DNA from: Eledone cirrhosa
Lineage: Eukaryota
Assembly (NCBI GenBank): GCA_964016885.1
Contig: OZ024740.1
Span: 34,286,001-34,350,000, forward strand
Direction: 5' to 3'
Length of the DNA stretch: 64,000 bases
The translations under genes were made by a program, and so were the position numbers. Below are positions 54,620 to 64,000 of the stretch, one piece after another; position 1 is the first letter of the stretch; every line of letters begins with the position of its first letter. The notes under the pieces were generated by a model. It saw nothing but the letters and a program-made list of their open reading frames with translations. It was not told where the DNA came from and searched no databases.

Positions 54620-57600
54620 ACCTAGAACCTCAAGAAACTTCACTTTTGTCAAGTGTAGCCCCCACCCGTACAACCTGAAGAAACTTCACTTTTGTCAAGT
54701 GTAGCCCCGACTCCTAGAACCTTAAGAAACTTCATTTTTGTCAAGTGTAGCCTCCCAACTCCTAGAACCCCAAGAAACTTCACTTTTGTCAAGTGTAGCC
54801 CCCACCCGTACAACCTGAAGAAACTTCATTTTTGTCAAGTGTAGCACCGACTCCGAGAACCTCAAGAAACTTCATTTTTGTCAAGTGTAGCACCCAACCC
54901 ATAGAACCTCAAGAAACTTCATTTTTGTCAAGTGTAGCCTCCTCGTCTCCTAGAACCTCAAGAAACTTCATTTTTGTCAAGTGTAGTCCCCCCCCCGACT
55001 CCTAGAAACTTAAGAAACTTAATTTTTGTCAAATGTAGCCCCCAACTCCTAGAACCTCAAGAAACTTCACTTTTGTCAAGTGTAGCCCTCCAACTCCTAG
55101 AACCCCAAGAAACATTATTTTTGTCAAGTGTAGCCCCCCAACTCCTAGAACCTCAAGAAACTTCATTTTTGTCAAGTGTAGCCCCCCCAACTCCTAGAAC
55201 CCCAAGAAAATTCATTTTTGTCAAGTGTAGCCCCCAACTCCTAGAACCTCAAGAAACTTCATTTTTGTCAAGTGTAGCCTCCAACTCCTAGAACCCCAAG
55301 AGAGTTCATTTTTTTCAAGTGTAGCCCCCCCCCGACTCCTAGAACCTCAAGAAACTTAATTTTTGTCAAGTGTAGCCCCCCGACTCCTAGAACCTCAAGA
55401 AACTTCATTTTTGTCAAGTGTAGCCCCAACTCGTAGAACCTCAAGAAACTTCATTTTTGTCAAGTGTAGCCCCAACTCCTAGAACCTCAAGAAACTTCAT
55501 TTTTGACAAGTGTAGCCCCCCGACTCCTAGAACCTCAAGAAACTTCATTTTTGTCAAGTGTAGCCACAAAATCCTAGAACCCCAAGAAAGTTTATTTTTG
55601 TCAAGTGTAGCCACACCCCCCGACTCCTAGAACCTCAAGAAACTTCATTTTTGTCAAGTGTAGCCCTCCAACTCCTAGAACCTCAAGAAACATCATTTTT
55701 GTCAAGTGTAGCCCTCCAACTCCTAGAACCTCAAGAAACTTCATTTTTCTCAAGTGTAGCCCCCAACTCCTAGAACCTCAAGAAACTTCATTTTTCTCAA
55801 GTGTAGCCCTCAACTCCTAGAACCTCAAGAAACTTTATTTTTGTGAAGTGTAGCCCCCCCCCCAACTCCTAGAACCTCAAGAAACTTCATTTTTGTCAAG
55901 TGTAGCACCCAACTCCTAGAACCTCAAGAAACTTCACTTTTGTCAAGTGTAGCCCCCCACTCCTACAACCTCAAGAAACTTCATTTTTGTCAAGTGTAGA
56001 CCCCAACTCCTAGAACCCCAAGAAACTTCATTTTTGTCAAGTGTAGCCCACAAATCCTAGAACCACAAGAAAGTTCATTTTTGTCAAGTGTAGCCCCCCG
56101 ACTCCTAGAACCTCAAGAAACTTCACTTTTGTCAAGTGTAGCCCCCACCCGTACAACCTGAAGAAACTTCACTTTTGTCAAGTGTAGCCCCGACTCCTAG
56201 AACCTTAAGAAACTTCATTTTTGTCAAGTGTAGCCCCAACTCCTAGAACTTCAAGAAACTTCACTTTTGTCAAGTGTAGCCCCCACCCGTACAACCTGAA
56301 GAAACTTCATTTTTGTCAAGTGTAGCACCGACTCCGAGAACCTCAAGAAACTTCATTTTTGTCAAGTGTAGCACCCAACCCATAGAACCTCAAGAAACTT
56401 CATTTTTGTCAAGTGTAGCCAACTCGTCTCCTAGAACCTCAAGAAACTTCATTTTTGTCAAGTGTAGTCCCCCCCCCCGACTCCTAGAAACTTAAGAAAC
56501 TTAATTTTTGTCAAATGTAGCCCCCGACTCCTAGAACCTCAAGAAACTTCACTTTTGTCAAGTGCAGCCCTCCAACTCCTAGAACCTCAAGAAACATTAT
56601 TTTTGTCAAGTGTAGCCCCCCAACTCCTAGAACCTCAAGAAACTTCATTTTTGTCAAGTGTAGACCCCCAACTCCTAGAACCCCAAGAAAATTCATTTTT
56701 GTCAAGTGTAGCCCCCAACTCCTAGAACCTCAAGAAACTTCATTTTTGTCAAGTGTAGCCTCCAACTCCTAGAACCCCAAGAGAGTTCATTTTTTTCAAG
56801 TGTAGCCCCCCCCGACTCCTAGAACCTCAAGAAACTTAATTTTTGTCAAGTGTAGCCCCCCGACTCCTAGAACCTCAAGAAACTTCATTTTTGTCAAGTG
56901 TAGCCCCAACTCGTAGAACCTCAAGAAACTTCATTTTTGTCAGGTGTAGCCCCCAACTCCTAGAACCTCAAGAAACTTCATTTTTGTCAAGTGTAGCCCC
57001 CCGACTCCTAGAACCTCAAGAAACTTCATTTTTGTCAAGTGTAGCCACAAAATCCTAGAACCCCAAGAAAGTTTATTTTTGTCAAGTGTAGCCACACCCC
57101 CCGACTCCTAGAACCTCAAGAAACTTCATTTTTGTCAAGTGTAGCCCCCAACTCCTAGAACCTCAAGAAACATCATTTTTGTCAAGTGTAGCCCTCCAAC
57201 TCCTAGAACCTCAAGAAACATCATTTTTGTCAAGTGTAGCCCTCCAACTCCTAGAACCTCAAGAAACTTCATTTTTTTCAAGTGTAGCCCCCAACTCCTA
57301 GAACCTCAAGAAACTTCATTTTTCTCAAGTGTAGCCCTCAACTCCTAGAACCTCAAGAAACTTTATTTTTATGAAGTGTAGCCCCCCCCCCAACTCCTAG
57401 AACCTCAAGAAACTTCATTTTTGTCAAGTGTAGCACCCAACTCCTAGAACCTCAAGAAACTTCACTTTTGTCAAGTGTAGCCCCCCAACCCTACAACCTC
57501 AAGAAACTTCATTTTTGTCAAGTGTAGACCCCAACTCCTAGAACCCCAAGAAACTTCATTTTTGTCAAGTGTAGCCCACAAATCCTAGAACCACAAGAAA
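54620..57600 (+). repeat. Tandem duplication, 1481-bp (~31-monomer) unit x2
   Basis: GCACCGACTCCGAGAA at 54844/56325 and GCCACAAAATCC at 55563/57044 are both offset by 1481. Several substitutions separate the copies. Confidence 0.87.
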
Positions 57601-58475
57601 GTTTATTTTTGTCAAGTGTAGCCACCCCCCCCCCGACTCCTAGAACCTCAAGAAACTTCATTTTTGTCAAGTGTAGCCCCAACTCCTAGAAACTCAAGAA
57701 ACATCATTTTTGTCAAGTGTAGCCCCCCGACTCCTAAAACCTCAAGAAACTTCATTTTTGTCAAGTGTAGCCACAAAATCCTAGAACCCCAAGAAAGTTT
57801 ATTTTTGTCAAGTGTAGCCACACCCCCCGACTCCTAGAACCTCAAGAAACTTCATTTTTGTCAAGTGTAGCCCCCAACTCCTAGAACCTCAAGAAACATC
57901 ATTTTTGTCAAGTGTAGCCCTCCAACTCCTAGAACCTCAAGAAACATCATTTTTGTCAAGTGTAGCCCTCCAACTCCTAGAACCTCAAGAAACTTCATTT
58001 TTTTCAAGTGTAGCCCCCAACTCCTAGAACCTCAAGAAACTTCATTTTTCTCAAGTGTAGCCCTCAACTCCTAGAACCTCAAGAAACTTTATTTTTGTGA
58101 AGTGTAGCCCCCCCCCAACTCCTAGAACCTCAAGAAACTTCATTTTTGTCAAGTGTAGCACCCAACTCCTAGAACCTCAAGAAACTTCACTTTTGTCAAG
58201 TGTAGCCCCCCACCCCTACAACCTCAAGAAACTTCATTTTTGTCAAGTGTAGACCCCAACTCCTAGAACCCCAAGAAACTTCATTTTTGTCAAGTGTAGC
58301 CCACAAATCCTAGAACCACAAGAAAGTTTATTTTTGTCAAGTGTAGCCACCCCCCCCCCCCCGACTCCTAGAACCTCAAGAAACTTCATTTTTGTCAAGT
58401 GTAGCCCCAACTCCTAGAAACTCAAGAAACATCATTTTTGTCAAGTGTAGCCCCCCGACTCCTAGAACCTCAAGA
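57000..58475 (+). repeat. Tandem duplication, 726-bp (15-monomer) unit x2, overlapping the end of the 1481-bp duplication
   Basis: GCCACAAAATCC occurs at 57044/57770 with the same 15-monomer order. The same block also occurs at ~51540-52150 and ~55563-56100. Confidence 0.88.
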
Positions 58476-59534
58476 AACTTTATTTTTTTCAAGTGTAGCC
58501 CCAACTCCTAGAACCTCAAGAAACTTCATTTTTTTCAAGTGTAGCACCCAACCCATAGAACCTCAAGAAACTTCATTTTTGTCAAGTGTAGCCCCCCCCA
58601 TCTCCTAGAACTTCAAGAAACTTCATTTTTGCCAAGTGTAGCCCCCAACACCTAGAACCTCAAGAAACTTCACTTTTGTCAAGTGTAGCCCCCACCCGTA
58701 CAACCTGAAGAAACTTCACTTTTGTCAAGTGTAGCCCCGACTCCTAGAACCTTAAGAAACTTCATTTTTGTCAAGTGTAGCCCCCAACTCCTAGAACTCC
58801 AAGAAACTTCACTTTTGTCAAGTGTAGCCCCCACCCGTACAACCTGAAGAAACTTCACTTTTGTCAAGTGTAGCCCCGACTCCTAGAACCTTAAGAAACT
58901 TCATTTTTGCCAAGTGTAGCCCCCAACACCTAGAACCTCAAGAAACTTCACTTTTGTCAAGTGTAGCCCCCACCCGTACAACCTGAAGAAACTTCACTTT
59001 TGTCAAGTGTAGCCCCGACTCCTAGAACCTTAAGAAACTTCATTTTTGCCAAGTGTAGCACCGACTCCTAGAACCTCAAGAAACTTCATTTTTGTCAAGT
59101 GTAGCCCCCCCCCAACTCCTAGAACCTCAAGAAACTTCACTTTTGTTAAGTGTAGCCCTCCAACTCCTAGAACCTCAAGAAACTTCATTTTTGTCAAGTG
59201 TAGCCCCCCCCCAACTCCTAGAACCTCAAGAAACTTCATTTTTGTCAAGTGTAGCCCCCCCCAACTCCTAGAACCCCAAGAAAATTAATTTTCGTCAAGT
59301 GTAGCCCCCAACTCCTAGAACCTCAAGAAACTTCATTTTTGTCAAGTGTAGCCTCCAACTCCTAGAACTCCAAGAGAGTTCATTTTTTTCAAGTGTAGCC
59401 CCCCCCCGACTCCTAGAACCTCAAGTAACTTTATTTTTGTCAAGTGTAGCTCCCGACTCCTAGAACCTCAAGAAACTTTATTTTTGTCAGGTGTAGCCCC
59501 CAACTCCTAGAACCTCAAGAAACTTTATTTTTGT

Positions 59535-60620
59535 CAGGTGTAGCCCCCAACTCCTAGAACCTCAAGAAACTTTATTTTTGTGAAGTGTAGCCCCCCCAAC
59601 TCCTAGAACCTCAAGAAACTTCATTTTTGTCAAGTGTCGCCCCCTATCTCCTAGAACCTCAAGAAACTTCATTTTTATCAAGTGTAGCCCCAAACTCCTA
59701 GAACCTCAAGAAACTTCATTTTTGTCAAGTGTAGCCCCCCAACTCCTAGAACCTCAAGAAACTTCATTTTTGTCAAGTGTAGCCCCCCCAACTCCTAGAA
59801 CCCCAAGAAAATTCATTTTTGTCAAGTGTAGCCCCCAACTCCTAGAACCTCAAGAAACTTCATTTTTGTCAAGTGTAGCCTCCAACTCCTAGAACCCCAA
59901 GAGAGTTCATTTTTTTCAAGTGTAGCCCCCCCCCCCCGACTCCTAGAACCTCAAGAAACTTAATTTTTGTCAAGTGTAGCCCCCCGACTCCTAGAACCTC
60001 AAGTAACTTTATTTTTGTCAAGTGTAGCTCCCCGACTCCTAGAACCTCAAGAAACTTCATTTTTGTCAGGTGTAGCCCCCAACTCCTAGAACCTCAAGAA
60101 ACTTTATTTTTGTGAAGTGTAGCCCCCCCAACTCCTAGAACCTCAAGAAACTTCATTTTTGTCAAGTGTCGCCCCCTATCTCCTAGAACCTCAAGAAACT
60201 TCATTTTTATCAAGTGTAGCCCCAAACTCCTAGAACCTCAAGAAACTTCATTTTTGTCAAGTGTAGCCCCCCAACTCCTAGAACCTCAAGAAACTTCATT
60301 TTTGTCAAGTGTAGCCCCCCCAACTCCTAGAACCCCAAGAAAATTCATTTTTGTCAAGTGTAGCCCCCAACTCCTAGAACCTCAAGAAACTTCATTTTTG
60401 TCAAGTGTAGCCTCCAACTCCTAGAACCCCAAGAGAGTTCATTTTTTTCAAGTGTAGCCCCCCCCCCCCGACTCCTAGAACCTCAAGAAACTTAATTTTT
60501 GTCAAGTGTAGCCCCCCGACTCCTAGAACCTCAAGTAACTTTATTTTTGTCAAGTGTAGCTCCCCGACTCCTAGAACCTCAAGAAACTTCATTTTTGTCA
60601 GGTGTAGCCCCCAACTCCTA
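59535..60620 (+). repeat. Tandem duplication, 532-bp (11-monomer) unit x2
   Basis: ORFs 59869/60401 are identical, and GTGTCGCCCCCTATC occurs at 59634/60166. Confidence 0.92.
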
Positions 60621-63600
60621 CAACCTCAAGAAACTTCATTTTTGTCAAGTGTAGCCCCCCATCTCCTAGAACCTCAAGAAACTTCATTTTTATCAAGTGT
60701 AGCCCCAAACTCCTAGAACCTCAAGAAACTTCATTTTTGTCAAGTGTAGCCCCCCCGACTCCTAGAACCCCAAGAAAGTTCATTTTTGTCAAGTGTAGCA
60801 ACACCCCCGACTCCTAGAACCTCAAGAAACTTCATTTTTGTCAAGTGTAGCACCCAACCACTAGAACCTCAAGAAACTTCATTTTTGTCAGGTGTAGCCT
60901 CCTCGGCTCCTAGAACCTCAAGAAGCTTCATTATTGTCAAGTGTAGCCCCCCAACTCCTAGAACCCCAAGAAAATTCATTTTTGTCAAGTGTAGCCCACA
61001 ACTCCTAGAACCCCAAGAAAATTCATTTTTGTCAAGTGTAGCCCCAACTCCTAGAACTTAAAGAAACATCATTTTTGTCAAGTGTAGCCCTCCAACTCCT
61101 AGAACCTCAAGAAACTTCATTTTTCTCAAGTGTAGCCCCAACTCCTAGAACCTCAAGAAACTTCACTTTTGTCAAGTGTAGCCCCCCAACTCTTAGAACC
61201 TCAAGAAACCTCATTTTTGTCAGGTGTAGCGCCCGACTCCTAGAACTTCAAGAAACTTCATTTTTGTCAAGTGTAGCCCCCCCGACTCCTAGAACCCCAA
61301 GAAAGTTCATTTTTGTCAAGTGTAGCCACACCCCCCGACTCCTAGAACCTAAAGAAACTTCATTTTTGTCAAGTGTAGCTCCCCAACTCCTAGAACCTCA
61401 AGAAACTTCATTTTTGTCAAGTGTAGCCCCCAACTCCTAGAATATCAAGTAACTTCATTTTTGTCAAGTGTAGCCCCCCGACTCCTAGAACCTAAAGAAA
61501 GTTCATTTTTGTCAAGTGTAGCCCCCACCCCCCCGACTCCTAGAACCTCAAGAAACTTCATTTTTGTCAAGTGTAGCCCCCCGACACCTAGACCCTCAAG
61601 AAACTTCACTTTTGTCAAGTGTAGCCCCCAACTCCTAGAATCTCAAGAAACTTCATTTTTGTCAAGTGTAGCTCCCAACTCCTAGAACCCCAAGAAACTT
61701 CATTCTTGTCAAGTGTAGCCTCCAATTCCTAGAACCTCAAGAAACTTCATTTTTGTTAAGTGTAGCCCCCCCGACTCCTAGAACCTCAAGAAACTTCATT
61801 TTTGTCAAGTATAGCCCCCAACTCCTAGAACCCCAAGAAACTTCATTCTTGTCAAGTGTAGCCTCCAATTCCTAGAACCTCAAGTAACTTCATTTTTGTT
61901 AAGTGTAGCCCCCCCCCGACTCCTAGAACCTCAAGAAACTTCATTTTTGTCAAGTGTAGCCCCCCCGACTCCTAGAACCTCAAGAAACTTCATTTTTGTT
62001 AAGTGTAGCCCCCCCCCCAACTCCTAGAACCTCAAGAAACTTCATTTTTGCCAAGTGTAACCTCGACTCCTAGAACCTCAAGAAACTTCATTTTTGTCAA
62101 GTGTAGCCCCCAACTCCTAGAACCTCAAGAAACTTCATTTTTGTCAAGTGTAGACCCCACCACTACAACCTAAAGAAACTTCATTTTTGTCAAGTGTAGC
62201 CCCAACTCCTAGAATCTCAAGTAACTTCATTTTTGTCAAGTGTAGCCCCCCACCACTACAACCTAAAGAAACTTCATTTTTGTCAAGTGTAGCCCCCAAC
62301 TCCTAGAATCTCAAGTAACTTCATTTTTGTCAAGTGTAGCCCCCCACCACTACAACCTAAAGAAACTTCATTTTTGTCAAGTGTAGCCCCCAACTCCTAG
62401 AATATCAAGTAACTTCATTTTTGTCAAGTGTAGCCCCCCGACTCCTAGAACCTCAAGAAACTTCATTTTTGCCAAGTGTAACCTCGACTCCTAGAACCTC
62501 AAGAAACTTCATTTTTGTCAAGTGTAGCCCCCAACTCCTAGAACCTCAAGAAACTTCATTTTTGTCAAGTGTAGCCCCCAACTCCTAGAACCTCAAGAAA
62601 CTTCATTTTTGTCAAGTGTAGCCACCAACTCCTAGAATCTCAAGTAACTTCATTTTTGTCAAGTGTAGCCCCCCGACTCCTAGAACCTAAAGAAAGTTCA
62701 TTTTTGTCAAGTGTAGCCCCCACCCCCCGACTCCTAGAACCTCAAGAAACTTCATTTTTGTCAAGTGTAGCCCACCGACTCCTAGACCCTCAAGAAACTT
62801 CACTTTTGTCAAGTGTAGCCCCCAACTCCTAGAATCTCAAGAAACTTCATTTTTGTCAAGTGTAGCTCCCAACTCCTAGAACCCCAAGAAACTTCATTCT
62901 TGTCAAGTGTAGCCTCCAATTCCTAGAACCTCAAGAAACTTCATTTTTGTTAAGTGTAGCCCCCCCGACTCCTAGAACCCCAAGAAACTTCATTTTTGTC
63001 AAGTGTAGCTCCCAACTCCTAGAACCCCAAGAAACTTCATTCTTGTCAAGTGTAGCCTCCAATTCCTAGAACCTCAAGAAACTTCATTTTTGTCAAGTGT
63101 AGCCCCCCGACTCCTAGACCCTCAAGAAACTTCACTTTTGTCAAGTGTAGCCCACAACTCCTAGAATCTCAAGAAACTTCACTTTTGTCAAGTGTAGCCT
63201 CCAACTCCTAGAACCTCAAGAAACTTTATTTTTGTCAAGTGTAGCCCCCCAACTCCTAGAACCTCAAGAAACTTCATTTTTGTCAAGTGTAGCACCCAAC
63301 CCCTAGAACCTCAAGAAACTTTATTTTTGTCAAGTGTAGCCCCCAACTCCTAGAACCTGAAGAAACTTCATTTTTGTCAAGTGTAGCCCTCCAACTCCTA
63401 GAACCTCAAGAAATTTTATTTTTGTCAAGTGTAGCCCCTCAACTCCTAGAACCTCAAGAAACTTCATTTTTGTCAGGTGTAGCCCCCAACTCCTAGAACC
63501 TGAAGAAACTTCATTTTTGTCAAGTGTAGCCCTCCAACTCCTAGAACCTCAAGAAGCTTCATTTTTGTCAAGTGTAGCCCCCCAACTCCTAGAACCCCAA

Positions 63601-64000
63601 GAAAATTCATTTTTGTCAAGTGTAGCCCCCCAACTCCTAGAACGCCAAGAAAATTCATTTTTGTCAAGTGTAGCCCCCAACTCCTAGAACCACAAGAAAG
63701 TTCATTTTCGTCAAGTGTAGCCTCCCGACTCCTAGAACCTCAAGAAACTTTATTTTTGTCAAGTGTAGCACCCAACCCATAGAACCTCAAGAAATTTCAT
63801 TTTTGTCAAGTGTAGCCTCCTCGGCTTCTAGAACCTCAAGAAACTTCATTTTCGGAAAGTGTAGTCCCCCCCCCCGACTCCTAGAACCTCAAGAAACTTC
63901 ACTTTTGTCAAGTGTAGCCCCCCAACTCCTAGAACCTCAAGAAACATCATTTTTGTCAGGTGTAGCCCCCCATCTCCTAGAACCTCAAGAAACTTCACTT

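Larger units (their letters stand above)
1..64000 (+). repeat. Tandem satellite array, ~47-48 bp monomer, ~1,350 head-to-tail copies, running off both window ends
   Basis: Consensus CCTAGAACCTCAAGAAACTTCATTTTTGTCAAGTGTAGCCCCCAACT recurs continuously from base 1 to 64000 in a single orientation. The consensus has 14 C, 14 A, 13 T and 6 G (~43% GC, strong C>G skew on +). No non-repeat sequence was seen. Confidence 0.99.

Noticed and set aside
399-63667. All ORFs in the six-frame track (SSVAPQLLEPQETSFL, PTPRTSRNFIFVKCS and LHLTKMKFLEVLGVGG repeats)
   Set aside because: They are translations of the satellite, open only where runs of 48-bp monomers keep frame or frames switch before hitting TAG. 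They start almost entirely at TTG/GTG inside the repeat, occur on both strands over the same bases, and are constantly frameshifted by C-run length.
1-64000. CRISPR-like architecture (38-bp constant repeat plus variable spacer)
   Set aside because: The variable parts are mostly only 7-15 nt, low-complexity, clearly homologous to one another and reused many times. The constant part carries many SNPs. There is no leader and no cas gene in the window.
1-64000. Telomerase-type repeat (G-rich minus strand with variable G-run, reminiscent of template stuttering)
   Set aside because: The 47-bp unit is much longer than the telomerase-templated repeats I know. Core SNPs are inherited in kb-scale duplicated blocks, which indicates DNA-level recombination rather than copying from one RNA template. 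A subtelomeric location is not excluded.
1-64000. Helitron 3' end (hairpin followed by CTAG) or MITE/transposon termini as the monomer source
   Set aside because: The hairpin is weak, AT-rich and mismatched, unlike GC-rich Helitron hairpins. No TIRs, TSDs or transposase remnants are present. A TE origin cannot be supported from this window.
1-64000. Array-wide canonical G-quadruplex on the minus strand
   Set aside because: G-runs are about 40 nt apart, far longer than canonical loops. Only the rare very long runs are plausible candidates.
1-64000. Promoters, intrinsic terminators (stem plus T5), tRNA or rRNA
   Set aside because: There is no gene context. The T5 tract is part of the weak stem rather than following a GC-rich one. 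No cloverleaf or rRNA-like sequence is present.
1-64000. Monomer derived from an internal ~23-bp duplication (TCAAG twice, TAG twice)
   Set aside because: The shared words are only 3-5 nt and their spacings (19/28 and 33/14) do not agree with a half-monomer period.
1-64000. Synthetic or simulated sequence, or pure assembly artefact
   Set aside because: Nested duplications of graded divergence and position-dependent variant families are characteristic of naturally evolved satellite. Individual perfect duplications could still be artefacts.

Overview
The whole 64 kb window is one uninterrupted head-to-tail tandem repeat (satellite DNA) of roughly 1,350 monomers, estimated as 64,000/~47.5. The modal monomer is 47 bp: CCTAGAACCTCAAGAAACTTCATTTTTGTCAAGTGTAG + CCCCCAACT. 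It consists of a 38-bp core of nearly invariant length and a hypervariable C-rich linker (usually 8-10 nt, 15 nt in a recurring long monomer type). I see no genes, RNA genes, transposons or inversions. Every ORF in the track is a chance translation of the repeat. The notable structure lies in how monomer variants are ordered: (i) a conserved ordered cassette of about 12-14 distinct monomer types, a degenerate higher-order repeat (HOR); (ii) nested recent tandem duplications of 2 to about 80 monomers (periods 91, 100, 139, 329, 331, 532, 726, 949, ~1050, 1481, 1704, ~2050-2100 and ~3400-4000 bp); (iii) about four successive domains, each with its own diagnostic variants; (iv) similarity between blocks 10-12.5 kb apart. 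This looks like eukaryotic (peri)centromeric, heterochromatic or subtelomeric satellite, but neither the organism nor the function can be determined from the sequence. All coordinates and offsets were read by eye, so block boundaries are approximate.
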